Source of the DNA: Squalus acanthias
Taxonomy: Eukaryota
Assembly: GCA_030390025.1 (NCBI GenBank)
Contig: CM059427.1
Coordinates: forward strand, 182,590,001-182,654,000
Direction: 5' to 3'
Length of the DNA: 64,000 nucleotides
The notes beneath the pieces are model-generated. The model ran no database searches. It was not told the DNA's origin and was given only the letters and a program-made list of their open reading frames with translations. The translations under genes were made by a program, and so were the position numbers. Positions 22,969 through 36,865 of the stretch are shown here, in pieces (within the stretch, counting starts at the first letter, position 1; every line of letters starts with the position of its first letter).

Positions 22969-24730
22969 ACAAAATCAGACTGGTCTCCCAGACATTCTGG
23001 CTGCAGCCAACCAAGGTGACAAGCTGACACTTATGTAGATAGGTGTTAGGAAATGCTTCTGGTGAGAGCAACATAAATATTTCTGCAATTAAAAGGTATT
23101 AACAAAGAAAGGGCAGCCAGTTATCACGACAGCCATATGAAACTGCAATGTCTGTGGGCCTTGTTGTCCTCAAAAACGCAGTTTCTAGCCTTCACCTACA
23201 GAATGTGGATTTTAACTCAACCCTGAGACTCTTACAGTAATTTAAAATGGCCAGTTCCATCTCATAGATAATTAAAAAAAAATCAACTTACTTATAATCT
23301 AAATGTGATGAAACTGCCTATTTGCCTTATATGAGAAAGAGTGAGAGGAATTATTTTTGGCAATATTGTAAGGCACAGATTCAGCAATTGATACTTTTCA
23401 TCAGGGATCCCCATTCACTTAAAGTATTTAAGAAGTATGAATTTCCAGGATATGTTGTTATCGGATCTCCAAAGAGAAGATTACTGGGTTGTGAAGTGAA
23501 TTTGTTTTTATTTTAAAACTCTGCTATCTTCAAAGTTCTCAAGTTATTTTTCTTCAGAGGTCTTTTGTTATAGAACATTAAATAAAGTACTGACTGAGAG
23601 GGAACTGCCATAGCAACACAATGATGGACTAAAGTGCCAGGTCCTTAGTGCTAGATTGTAGGTTTTCCCTCTGTGATTCTACATGTCATGAGTTCTTAAT
23701 CACAACCATCTGAGGGTAGGGAAGAAGGGAGAAGTGAGTTGGATAAGTCCCACTACACCATGAAGAGATTTCATGACACTGGTTGGGAAATCTCATTGCA
23801 CATATGGTTAATGGGCTAGGTCCTATTATACTGGTTGGTAATACACAAGGCAAAGATTCAGAAGATGAAGTCTCTCCTAGTCGCTATCCAGTGACTCTTG
23901 CTAGGTGAGAAGAAGATTGTGCTTGGTTGCAACTGCTCTCCACAGTTGAATAGCCCGCCAACATTTACTATCTAAGCACATACATGAATCATGGTTGTCT
24001 GGGTTAGGTTCCAAAGAGTTGCAACAATCTGTAGCCCGGCAACAGTCAGCACATTGAGGAGAGGAAAGTGGGGGAATAGGAGAAAACAAAATCAAGGAAA
24101 GCTGTGTTGGTGAACAATTCACACGACACTCACGCAAACGGCCTGTTACTGCACTGTAATAAGTAATGGGAATAAAACAATTCCTACTATGTGCTGGGAT
24201 AGCTAAGATATGATAGAATTCGCCGTCTCAGAGGATGCCGTCATACCGACTTTGAAATGGACCGCAAGTTTGGGATTTCTGCACGCACTTGCACGTGCTC
24301 TAATTCCCGAGCTTGCGATCTGTCAAGTTATGTCGTGATAGATCATCCGCTCCGCCTTGGAAATCCCAATTGCTGGCACAGACTTGGGCTAATTGCCCAC
24401 CAACTACCCGGCAATTACGTAATTTTTTTTTACAGCTGATGCAAACAGACACAGGGCCTGCTTGCATCAGCGTAATGAGATACCTCAAAAGATCGAAAGC
24501 ATCGTTCGGCTTGTATTTAGCTCACTTAAAAGTGAAATTGGAATACTACAACAGATGGAAGCACCTGAGCTTCGTAGAATTGCGAAGAGCTTTCTTTGTT
24601 AGTTTGTTTTGTCTACACATTTTATTGAAATCCAATGTTGAAGCTTGGTGCTGTCATTTCGCCATTTTTTTCCCGTGTGGGGCAATTTGAATTCAACCGA
24701 TACTAAATCCCAAATAAAGAATGAAATATT

Positions 24731-25458
24731 GGCCCGAAAATTAGACCTAATACGTGAGAGTACGCACTGTGTACTCTCGCGTTTTAGGTCTCCAATCGTC
24801 GGTTTTCAGCATGCACTGCGCATGCGTGGGAAACCGGCACTTCGTGAACTCAAAAGGGGGCGGTTCCTAAGTGAACCGCGCGCGCTACAGTGCTTTGAAC
24901 GCGCAGGTAAGCATGGAAGATTTTACACATAAAGAAAGGAGGCGTAAGACCCTCTTTAAACAAGGTAAGTAGTTAATTAAGTATTATTTTAAAAAATTTT
25001 CAACAGGTTTATCTTTTTTAGAGACATTAAAGAAAGGTAAGTTTATTTTTATAACTTTTAAAAAGATTTTAAATTTTTTCAAAAATTTAAATTTTTGTTT
25101 AAAGTGGTTAATTTATTTAAATATAGTTATTTTATTAATGTGATGGTTTTTTTTTTAAATTTAATTGAGGTTTAGCTGTTCTTTTGGGGGTAAGTTGTAT
25201 TCATAGCTTTGACAGTTGTTCTGTCAAAACTATGAATGAAAGATGGTGTGCTGCCATTGGCTCTAACTGAATCACGTGATCCCACAGCTCGCACGAACTA
25301 ACTGCGTCTGTGGGTCACGCAAGCACTGCACAGCTGCATGTGGGACTGGCCTTGAAACTAAAGTTCGTGTGAGCCCGGAGGGAAAAGGTAGGCGCGCAGT
25401 GAGATATCGCGGGGAAGCCTTACCCCCGCAGGAACACTCCGTGTTTAATTTTTGGGCC
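24731..25458. mobile_element. Harbinger-type MITE nested in an older hairpin-rich element (~24220-25825)
   Basis: TIRs ggcccgaaaatta / taatttttgggcc; TSD ATT at 24728-24730 and 25459-25461. A second copy starts at 63468. Confidence 0.85.
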
Positions 25459-26547
25459 ATTAAACCTATATATTTATATCTTATTTCCTGACATTAAAGC
25501 TTTTAGTGCAACACTCAGCATGCCAGGTGCCAGCCTGCACCCTCCTTTCTCCTATAAGCCTGATGCAATGGTTCCCACATATCTGTCAACACTGTAAGAG
25601 GAAACTCGGTGCTTCCACTGATTGGAGCACCAGGCTCACGTGATCCCAGGTACGCTTCCGCATACGCTGCGCCCCTGGGATCCGTGGGCCGTTACACTGC
25701 CCTCGAGTACGCAGCGTCAAAGAGCAAGTTCGCGAAGGAGGGTCCCCATCAGGTAAGTTCTTTTTCTATTCGGATGCCGGCAGCGTACTCCGTAGGTACG
25801 CCGCTGACTGCAAAATATGCCCCATTATAACCAAGATGATGAGGATACAGGAGTCATTTGAGAACTGACTACATACTAAACTTGTCATGATTAGCAAAGA
25901 ACAAAGGTGCGATGTCTACTGTGACAATTCCAAAATCTTCTTTTCAATTCATTATATGATCCATACTTTAAATGGGTACTTGTTAATCTGCCTGAATTCA
26001 TCAACCATGGAAGGTATCACTCCTGTAGCAGTGAGAGAAAGCAGAATGAAATGTACAGAGGATGGTAAGCCACTCAGTTATTAAATTATCAACAAGTTCT
26101 TGTATGTTGACATTTATCTTGGTAAAGTAGAAGGATAGTTCAATTTTCCACTGAATATGTAAACAGTGAAGGGCTCATCCGCTTCTACAAAATAATTTAC
26201 TGGATTTTGACAAATGTTTCTGAGCACCAGTGTGTATGACATGGAGTGATGGGGCACTGGTTCTCACCTATAATACTCTACACCCTGAGCGATATTATTT
26301 GGATAGGGTTATAGTGTGTATTTTCTTCAGCTGTGCGCTGGTCTTGGAAGAGTGCACAGTAGGCTTTGTACCCACCTGAGCTATGCACAGATAGTCTCAT
26401 GCTAATGTTTGGATTTGTTCTTCAATTCCTCACTTTCTGACAGGAAATTTTCCAGTCATAGTGAGTGTGTCGATTCAAGGGTAGGATATAACCCTGCAGT
26501 GCCTATTTGTTATCCATTGCCTTTCCCTGGGAAAGTGACTAAGTTGC

Positions 26548-26830
26548 TTACCCTGCTCGGCAAAGCATCTGTACACTGCTAATTGATATTGCGGGTATCC
26601 CCCTTGGCAGCCTGGAATGACCAACAGGCATAAAAGTTAAGGAGATCTGTGAGCTTGACTGCCAGTCCCTGTAGTTCAGGGGTTGTCTGTGGGTTAGCTT
26701 GCAGCAGATGCACAATTCCGTCACTGCCTCCCTGTGAACCTTAGCCTGCAGAAGCAAATCTCTTCTGATAGTCCCAGGTAGCTGCTTCTGGGTTAGTAAA
26801 CATAGCGGGTATAGACAGACCATCTCCTGT
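26548..26830 (-). pseudogene. Decayed Harbinger transposase N-terminal remnant
   Basis: Frameshifted YTRYVY*PRSSYLGLSEEICFCRLRF..EAVTELC..LNFYA..SFQAA aligns by eye to the 5220-6380 transposase. Confidence 0.7.
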
Positions 26831-27363
26831 GCAGGTGACTCTCTCTCACCGCTCTTTGGCCTCCAGAAAAAAACTCAGGGATAGAGGAGCACTGTATACT
26901 CTACCCATTTTGAGAATTTTAGTTGCAGCAATCCAAATTCAAACAATTCACTTTAAGACGCTACTTCCTGAAAGGGCAGAACATCACTGTCTACTAATGT
27001 CATATGGGTGGAATAGGTGCATGGAACAAGTTAGGCGTTTGCATCAAAGAAGTTGCTCGCAAATTAATTTACATCAGATAGCATGTGTGAATGAAGCAAG
27101 CCCCCACATCATTTGTGTGACAGCACTGTGTACCCACTTCAAAGGTCTATTGGGAAATCATATGATACACGAGTGGAGTGGAGAGCCAGCAAAATGTGTC
27201 CCAGCTCCATTTTCCGGCCTCTGCTTGGCCCAAACTCATTGGTGCAAAAATATTTTCCTAGGAAGATGGCATATGGCTTCTAACAATTCTACAAAGAAAA
27301 TGTAAGCACCCTGTGAGCTTAACTCAAGCAAATGACTCTAAACAGTCACTATAGATATTCTAT

Positions 27364-29076
27364 CAGCTAGAAATACGTTATAGCCAAGAAATGGGCGGTG
27401 TTTAGACTAAAAATGGTTACGTAGCACCAGTTGAAAATCGTCTAGACTGCACGCAAAATTTGTCCTCGCTCCTCATTAAAATGATTGCTGTCATGATTCT
27501 AGTCTAAAAGCTCAAGCTCATTGGCATTACACTGAAAAGATGGACCAATATTGGGGGCAGTCTAAACACAAGCAATGATTGCCACAGGCTTTTTTCACTA
27601 CTTAAAGAGGAGGTCCATTGATGCTGCAGCACCTCATTCTCAGCAGTGTTGGGTTTACAGCTGCCTCAACAACCATAAGAAGAAGGACAAGGAGAAGGAG
27701 CACTTATTTACAAATCCTGATGGCAGATCTCCGCCCCAGGGAGAGAGCCTGGAGGTTTTCCGAGGAAGCTTTGGAGGCATTGGTTTTAGCGGTGGAGAGA
27801 AGGTAGGCAGTCCTGTACCCTCCAACTGGCAGGAAGCCCTCGCCACAAGTCTGCCAGACGATGTGGAAGGAGGTGGCACACCACATCACGGGCAGCACCG
27901 TGCTCCTCAGGACCTACACACAGTGCAGGAGGAAGTTTAACAAGCTCACACGGGTGGTCAGGGTGAGTGAAGGCTTAAACAAATGCTACATACCACCATC
28001 TGTACCACAAGATTGATACACTGCTCAATACACCACACCCTCAGCACTCAACCAACAACAATCTTTGCCTAGCAACACTAACACCCACATCTCACACCTT
28101 GCACACAATGACAGCTATTCAACTATGGCAGGCACAAGAGTCATTTGTCACTAGAATTCATGTGATATGTGTGATATGTTTATAGTTACATTTATTAAGT
28201 ATGTTTGGAATATTTTGTGGTCTCTCTCATTTTACCTTTGTGCCCAGGAGGACGCTGTGATACGCCGTGAGCCAGGGATTTGTATGATGGGGATGTGGTG
28301 AGCTACGGGGATCTGGGGTTTCATTTATGCGAATCGGCGTCTGATGAGCCGATTACGGACAGACTGTCCAGAAGGCCGATTGTCTTGCTGCCTCCGCCCT
28401 CCCTCCTGTTCCTCCTCCTCGTCCTCTTCCTCCTCTGCCTCGTTCTCTTCCTCCTCATCCTCCTCTGCCTCGTTCTCTTCCTCCTCATCCTCCTCTGCCT
28501 CGTTCTCTTCCTCTTCATCCTCCTCTACCTCATTGTCCTCCTGAGGTAATACCGCAATCCCGCAGCCCCCATGATTGTGAGGAATTGTTGTGAGCAGAAG
28601 CCATTAACAAATAATGAGTGACTTCTGCACTTGAATGAACACTCCCTGTCACCAAAAAAACTTGAAATAACTAAAGAAAGCTGTTTCAGTTGCAGGAAGT
28701 AGCAAACAGCCACTGAAACTGCAGAACCATGTTAGCTGCAGCTGATTGGGGATGGCACCTTTAAATATCGCTGCTGCAGCCTGCTTCCTGCTGATAGATG
28801 CCAGCTCTCCCTGTCGTTGTTCTGTGCTGCCGTTAAAGTAAGTGGCTATAATGAAGTTGGGAGATTGGACGTCCAGTGAGCGTTGCACACTGACTGGCGT
28901 CACGATCTCCATGATGCCGAGGTCCCTGGCGATTGAGTTTACCGGCAGTGCTACCGACAACACTGATATAGCGTGCTGCGCTGGAACCGGCATCAGCTGT
29001 CGTTACAGCTGTCAATGGCATTTTAGCGCCATCTTGTGGCGCAAACATGTGGCACAAACCACACAAATTTCTCCCC
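27364..29076. mobile_element. Non-autonomous Harbinger (copy 1): Myb exon-1 remnant (+) and transposase 5' end (-)
   Basis: RFSEEALEALVLAVERR...RKFNKLTRVVR|gtgagt; minus-strand MGAAG followed by an Arg-rich 27-bp repeat; ends aatttctcccc. Homologous to 56301-57856. Confidence 0.8.
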
Positions 29077-30764
29077 TGAAGCCTCTTACTTCTGACGGTC
29101 TTAAAGGTGCCCTCCCAATAAGTATTCACATTCTAATATTATGAACTATAGATTAGTCTGTTGCATTGCTACTATATCATCTTGTTTGTATTTCAATATC
29201 ATTCTTCAGAAGTCTGATCTAAGTAAATATTCATACAAGGATGTAGGATATTTCCCCAGTGTACATTTTTTAGGAGCATTGTGCCAAGAATGGAGTGTTT
29301 CTGACTTATACTTGAGAAATATTAATAGCAGTTCTAGCAAAAGAAAATCGATTCATCACTTTCTTCAGTTACAAATGTTCTAATTAATGACAGCCCTAAG
29401 TTTTGTGATAGCTGGAGCAAAGAATTGCTTGCTAAGTATAGTTGCTTGTGATGTCAGAAGACTAATTAAGGACTTCCTGGAGTAATTGCTTACGTAATCC
29501 AAACATAGAGGGTATATATATATATATATGTACAAGGGACTAAATACTGGAAAGTCTACTCCAGATGATCTAAAGTACTATGTAATGTTTCTAGTGGGAA
29601 GACTAATGGACTAACATTGAAATCTTCAGGACGCAATATGAAGTGGCAGTAACTCAAAGCAATGAAGCATGCATTATAGGCCCGGCCATTCCTTTACAAG
29701 TCTCCAGAATCAAATTCACAGTATTAAAAATGCTTGATGAGTTTAACAGCATCCTGCAGTCCATTCACACATGCTGGAGTTTTTATATGAAAAACTCCGT
29801 AATAATGTTCCCAATGTTTCTTATGGACATTTTTCAAACGTACATAACCTTGATAAGTTTTAATGCAGTTAGATATATTAATATAGGGAATAACAGTGCA
29901 CTTTATTATTGCTGCTACCATTTCAGGACAGTGCCCTAAATAAGCTGCATCTTTACTGAACAATTTATTTCCTTCCTCAGATAAATTCCTCACAACAAGG
30001 CGATTGCTGGCAATGAGCCTTCAGCAGTTAAACGGAGGCACGGCAAACATGATGAACAGCTGGGATGCATCGCACTACGGTATGATCAAATCATAAGAAC
30101 ATGAGTCAACCCGGCAGCATAGCAAACCAGCGTACTGGGCCACAGGTGCAGGTTCTCTCGTCTATGGTGAGTTTTCGATTGTAGCCCAGCCTTCTGGCAA
30201 AGTGAAAGGCCAAACAGATGAGAAGAACCCATTGACAATTTTGTGCCCCTCATTGTGGAGGCTGAGCACTGGAAACAGGTCAATCGCCCCATTATTCAGG
30301 GTAAGACCATGGTCTCACGGAAACCTTAAACAGGACACAGTAAATGAGAGAACAGGGAGCAGAAATGCAGTATAAGTTGAATATACACATAGGTATGCCA
30401 ATAATATACAGTTCCTATACAACAATAATCCTAAAATAAGCGTGGAAGCACAGTTTGGAATTTCCATAGTACATGTCTTGTGATCACTGCCCTAATTTAA
30501 CAAATTCAGCAAGAGGCCAGTACGCACATATATCTCTTGTATACTTGCCACTTTATCAACATCTCTCTTCCATATAATGGGGCTCCTTCCTTTATATTGC
30601 ACTCAGCCCACTAAATTTTCTGTGTTCTGCTTACATTTTGGACATAATCCCAGGATTCCTCATGCAACGGTTTAAGGAGCTTTTGTCACACTGATTCAAG
30701 AAGAACAATGTCTGTGGGCCATTCTTATACATTGGGTCTGGAGGTGGGTTTCCGCAGACACGCT

Positions 30765-32537
30765 GGCCGGAATCTTCCGGGATGGTAGCGGGCGCGATTG
30801 GTGGTGGGTCAGGTGGGAAAGTTGTTATTTTTGGGAGCGGGTTGGGAACGTGCTGTCATCCCGCCCCCATCGCCTTTCCCCCAGGTGCCTCTGTCATCGT
30901 GGAGCCGACTGGCTGTGGCGGGCGACCCAATTGAGATGATTAACAGGTAGTTTACAGGCACTTAAGGACCTTTTTTCACTTACTTTTTAAATATTCCTGC
31001 ATGGCCATGGGATTCATGCAGCTCAGGAAGCATGTCTGTCAACCTGAGGCGGGAGTTCCGTGGCCATTGCTCCAGCTGATTACTTGACAGTATCAAATGT
31101 ACAGTAAAAGCTCCACCTGACAGATGATCACTTTCCTCAGGCAGAAGCTGTTGCTCAGTCCATTTCCAGTACAGATTCTGCAGGCTGCAAGTGTTTCCAG
31201 CAAAGTCTCCATCCAGTCTCACCTCATTGGAAGAACTCTCTCACCATTGACAGAATGCTTCTGTCATCTGTACTTCACCTGCCATCTATTCCATCAACAT
31301 GGGTGCCATTTATACTGTCTCACTTTGGTCCTCAGAAACGGACCACGATGAGCCCCAACACCAGCAGCACCAGGCACACCAGCAGCACCAACAACAACAC
31401 CAACCTTCTCCGCAATCACCTGATGCAGCACAGGACAGAGGGCATCAGCACCCGAGCACATTGCTGCCCAGGAGGCCAGGGATGGCCTCACCACGGCCAG
31501 ATTTAGTTAACTTTACGCTGTACATCCATATTGGCAGCCACATGATGTGCCAGGTTGACACCACCCCACGACAACACCATAAAGCATCCCTACAATGACC
31601 AAGCCATTCCTTTCACACTCATCATCATTGCGGGGGGTACCGTTATGTCTCACCATTCACTGCAACTCACTAAGCCACTTCCAAAGGTGCACACAAATCT
31701 GTCCAAGACCGGAAAGATTTTTATGTTTGACACCACATTAACAGAAACTTTACATAAACATTGCATAAAACACCCAAGTGGCTACCCTTGTGTGTTGTTA
31801 GTTGGTATGATTGCACAAAGATGAGGGTGAGTGTGAGGGATGACTCGTGAGATGGGGATGTGATAATGTAGATAGAGAGAGAGGGATGAGTGGAGGTACA
31901 AGTTATGCTGGTGTGAGTAAGGATGTGCAGGAGTAGGGTAGGGAAGGCAGAGTGATGGGGATGTGATGAGAGGCACAGCAGGATGAAGTTGAGTGTGGCT
32001 TTGTACTAATGTTTCCTGATCTAATGAGATCATTGAAATGTCTGCGGCACTACACCCAGGGCCTCCTGACCACATCCCTGTTTGTGACCTCCTCTGCAAT
32101 CTGCAACCAGGCTGTCTTTGTCTCCTGGGGAGGTCTCTTTTGCCCATTGGATGGGAAGAGGACCTCCCTGCGTTCTCTGACTCCCTCCTTAAGCATATGG
32201 AGGGAGTTATTCGAGAACCTGGGTGCAGCCCTCTACTTCTGTGCAGTCATTGTCAGTGTCTGCAGCACTCCAATGCTGTAGTGCACTGACAGCACTATCT
32301 TAGATTAAACTTCAAATCTAATGTGGTCAGTGGTCCCTTTAAAGATCCTGGCTGAAAACGCATCATGAATGACATCATCAGACCTGCTCCATCTCATTGG
32401 ACCGGGTAACGCGCTGGATGGGCTTAATAGGCCCCATTAAGGTAAGTTCATTTTCAACAGTGGGATGGAGCCAGCAGAGGGTGTGACCCATCATGACCGC
32501 CCGCACCGGACCCGCCCAGGTAGGCAAAATTCTGGCT
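30765..32537. mobile_element. Non-autonomous Harbinger (distinct family): Myb remnant (-) and transposase-like start (+)
   Basis: Ends ggccggaat / attctggct; TSD GCT. 32011-32250 on the minus strand reads MTAQK*RAAPRFSNNSLHMLKEGVRERREVLFP...AWLQIAEEV...RPWV*CRRHFNDL. MGA start at 31299. Confidence 0.8.
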
Positions 32538-33393
32538 GCTGGCTCTGCTTTTACATGGAAGCCGAAAGGGAGCAGATGTGCTGTCCGACTCCCAGTATTT
32601 GTTTAACTGATACTGATCCTCTAATCCTGATGGCAACATCATAGATCCACAGTTTTGTCGGTCTACAGTTGCCGTCAGGATAAGGAAGCCAGGCATGTTT
32701 ACTTGTAGTGTAGGCAAGCGAGTGAGACCTAGACATCTAGTCAGCTACGCTCCTCAAGTGAAAAAGCATTTATTATTTTTTTCTGTACTATCTCCCATTA
32801 GCTTTCAAAACATTATTACTAGAGTGGAATAGAAAGGTTTTTAGAGTGCATTCCCACCAATCTCAAGGACCATCACAAGCTCAGTGTTTTGCAGTAACAG
32901 CCAGCATGTAAATTTGAGGTGATTTCTGTTGAAGGTAAAGTGCTTTTTTAAAACAGATTGACACTGAAATTTAAATAATGGACATTAGCAGTTCTTAAGG
33001 AGGACAGAACTGTCACTTCCAAAGACTTGATGAGAATTTTCAGTTTCCACTGACTCACTCAACTACCCTCGACTGATATTCTTTAATGGGTTGTTTTAGG
33101 GCCAAGAACATTCAATCATTATTTTAACAAACTTAGAGAAGACCTTAATAAACAACAAGGTGCACAGTTTTACCCCTTATTTAATATGGTCTTCAGAGAG
33201 AACCATGCAAAAGCGCTTCAGTGTTTTTTTTCCTTCCGTCTAATTCAAGTATCAGCTGAATAATTACTTTCCCAATAACCTTCAGAGTTGCTCGCACCAC
33301 CTTTAGGAACACAGAGTGCCTCTCTGAGTCTTTTATATCTGACAAAGCCGAGTCGAGTCACCAGAACGGTTTATGCCACAGAATGATACTTAC

Positions 33394-33494
33394 CTGTGAC
33401 TGGCATTCTCTTGTAGCTGCTTTTCTTACCACAGCCCGTCTCAGGAGATGACAGCAAGAGCTAACAGTGAAATAGCTCCGAGTCTGCTTATATA
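33394..33494 (-). other. Candidate host first exon with TATA box (coding MPVT+G, phase 1)
   Basis: TATATAAG at 33494-33487, agaATG at 33406, consensus donor CAG|GTAAGT at 33394/33393, in non-repetitive sequence. Confidence 0.4.
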
Positions 33495-36354
33495 TTTTTC
33501 CTTTGGTGTAAACAGTATTGACTATAATAATATTCTTAGGCAATTTTTCACATTCTTGAGGAGCTGGGTGGGGACAGGAGAAGCATCTTCAGAGGGAGAT
33601 GCGGAGGCTTTGGGAGGAGAGCGTGCAAAAGCATTTATTCTATTATTTTTCTTTCTTATTCACTCCATCTTTTCTCCTGAAAAAAGCAAATCAAGCTGGG
33701 GTAAGGTTCCACCGGTTTTACAACCATCACAAATGATAATTTCTCACGCATGAGCCCAGCCACACAGTTACAATTACGATGCAAAACCTTAAGACTCCAG
33801 TCCCGCTCAATTCCCGCCTGCCTCTATCTTAACGGGGCCTTTTTTGCAAAGGTTGCCAAGGCACCCACCTGATTTAGGCAGGAGCCTCACTAATACATGG
33901 CTTTTTAATGGCCCACTGAGTGAGGAGCCCCCCACAGGCACCCCGCTGAGCAATAATTGGCGAACAAGAAGATGTGGCTCTCTAAGATGTGTCAAAAACT
34001 TTCCATTGTGGAGCCAGGTGGAGCACCAGTGCTCCTCCCTGCCCCACAAGGAAGATATGGACTTCTGCTGCCCTCGGGCTCACCCCCTGCCCCTTCCCAC
34101 TCGTAAGAAAGCCCTCCCCCCCCACCCCTCCCACTGCGTGCGTCTTTTGGCCCTGACAGATTCCCTGCCTGGAGGTTAGCCTGATTAATAGGCTTGGATA
34201 TCAGTCGGGCGGGGAGCACAGTGTAGGCCACAGGACCAGGTAGGTCTGATCCCAGGGAGGGTGAGGTTCCGATCCCGGGATAGGGGTCTGATACCCAACC
34301 CTGGGAGTCTTTGTATGAGGGAAGGCTCTGATGGGAGGGGAGCATTGGGGGGCTGGGGAAAAGCACTCCTGCTCCTCCTGGCCCACAACCAGTGCTGTAA
34401 CGGGACTTACCCTCTCCCTGAAGCTGTCCTCGCCTTGCTTCAGCTGTCGGGTAGCCTGGGAAACCTGGCTGCCCACCGTAAAACCGGCAAAGCAAGTTAA
34501 ATCCGAGGCTGCCAGCCTCATTAACAAATTTAAAATGCCAACCTGCCTCCTGGGAGCCGGTTGGCCTGCCCACCCCTCGTCCCACCTCCGGAAAACCCGG
34601 AAGTCAGTGGGTTGGAGCCGGCTTCTGGATATGCTCGAAATTTTTCCCGATTTAACCCTCCACCCGCACCCAATCCCACAAGCTCACCCGTGTTAAAAGT
34701 TCCCCCCTTTATGCATGTTTTGGGAAGGGCAGCTGGCCGGCAGTGACACAAACTGATGATGTCAGGCGGGTTTAACGCTTGTTCCCTGTCCCTGCCCACA
34801 CGAATCCAGTTAAAATCCACCCCACCCACCCCCCCTCCCGAGTGTCAGCCATGGGGCATTACAGCTGACAAATATCCAGGAATGCATTTCCAACAGAAGT
34901 CACTGGATGGTGATGCAAAGAAGAAACCGTGGCTGATTTCCCCCCTCTTTATCGCAAGGTACCAACTGTCTAACACTGCCCTGGATGAATCTGATTAATT
35001 CAGTATAGACTGGCTATCTGACATTCAACCTTCCTATGGTATTGACTCACTCTCAACAGTAGGTGTATCTTGCTTATTGCTTATTGTGGGGGGTGGGGGG
35101 GGGGGTGGTGGCACTGAAGTTTATTGGTTTTATTGGTTGATTCATTCACAATAACCTCCATATTGTGAGTGGCTGCTGTCCAACAGCGTAGAAAGCGAGG
35201 ACATTCTGTACCTAACTGAGTTGGATGGGAAAATATTAAGCTCGATGCTAAAATCTTGAGAGTCAGAAGATCATTAGCTTTCAGAGTACTGAAGTGTTCC
35301 TTTGCATATTTCTTCATTCCCACTTACATAAGGTAGGCAGCATCAATTCTCTATACTCCTAATACTGAACATTATAACATTCTGGAAGGGTTTTGTGGAG
35401 CCAAAGGGCAGCAGATAAAATAACCAAAAATACAGGAACTGTACTGTGAGTCTCAATCTGGCATAAATGCTATTTTATTCCTCGGAGGGTTAAATTTAGA
35501 ATTTCTGTTGTTACTCCCAACACTCCAACTCAATACTGTGCCGAGTTGGGGTAGGGATATCATGGGGGCTAACTGAATGACACCTGAAACCGGCAGTTAA
35601 AATGGCACTGGGTGGCATTGGCACAGTAAGTATGCCAGCCCGATTTTAACCCCTTACATGGCCCGTTACCACATGGGGTGGGTTAAAAATCACCTCCAAC
35701 AACCAAAAAAGAGCCATGACCAGAAATAGTGCTTGACGATGAAGAGATTGGTTATAATCTAGAGGCAGTGTCCTGCCACCCCATCACCTCAAAAAAATTT
35801 CATTTTTGACCCTTTATTCAGTGCATTTTATAGAATCTTGGGATGTACTGTGATTCAACCATTGAAGCTAAAATTAATCTATTCTGGAAGAGTTACTGAA
35901 ATATTAATATGGCAATAAAGTAGTCGCGAGTAACTTCAGAATATCTTCAGTTTGCAATCAAATTTGACATGACCCCTCACTGGGAACAGAGTCCACTCAC
36001 TTCCTTTCTGTGCATTGCAGGGGAAGAAGAGGGAGAAAAGGGGTGAAAAAAATAGTGGTGGACAGTGCCAAGAATTGTAATTCCCTTACCAATTGGGTAT
36101 CGTGTGATCATGAGCTACAATGGGACCCATGTGTCCGTGAATGCACACACCTCCGCAGATGTGCACAAATGTGCAGCCTTTGCACACATTCAAATTGCCA
36201 GCCTCCACATACACATTCCAACTGCAGATACATGCACACATGCTTTAACTCTATGCATGCGCAGAGCTCAGGACATGCACACAAGCAAATTGCGGCGCAT
36301 TCTCGGGCAACTTAAGGAAAAGTGCCTACAGTCAGTAGGAAGCACTGAATTCTG

Positions 36355-36690
36355 TAGCACTCGTGCCTCTGACTCAGAAGGTTGTGTGTTCAAGTCCCAC
36401 TCCAAACACTTGAGCACCTAATCTAGGCTGATACTTCAGTTGAGTGCTGAGAGAATGCTGGACTGTCGGAGGTGTCATCTTTCGGATGAGATGTTAAACC
36501 GAGGCCCTGTCTGCCCTCTCAGGTGGACGTAAAAGATTACACGACACTATTTGAAGAAGAGCAGGGGAGTTCTCCCCAGTGTCCTGGCCAACATTTACGG
36601 CTCAACCAATACCACCAAGAACAGATTATCTGGTCATTTATCTCATTACTGCATGTGAGATGCAAATTGGCTGCCGCATTTCCCTGACCA
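36355..36690 (+). mobile_element. SacSINE1-like Deu-SINE, 3'-truncated
   Basis: Similar to 7455-7912. Confidence 0.8.
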
Positions 36691-36865
36691 AAACTTCAAA
36701 CTAACCAACCAGATAAGTAATGGATTTCCATAATGAACCATTTTCAGAAAAAAATGTACTAGTACAAGTGTTTTTTAAACTATATGCTCATTGCAAAGTT
36801 CCATTTACCTACACAACTGCTGGCTGCCTGGTCAAGAGTCACTGCAGGAGACAACTAATTGCACA

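Noticed and set aside
30217-30300. Plus-strand exon ending at G|gtaaga
   Set aside because: Poor acceptor and unrecognisable peptide.
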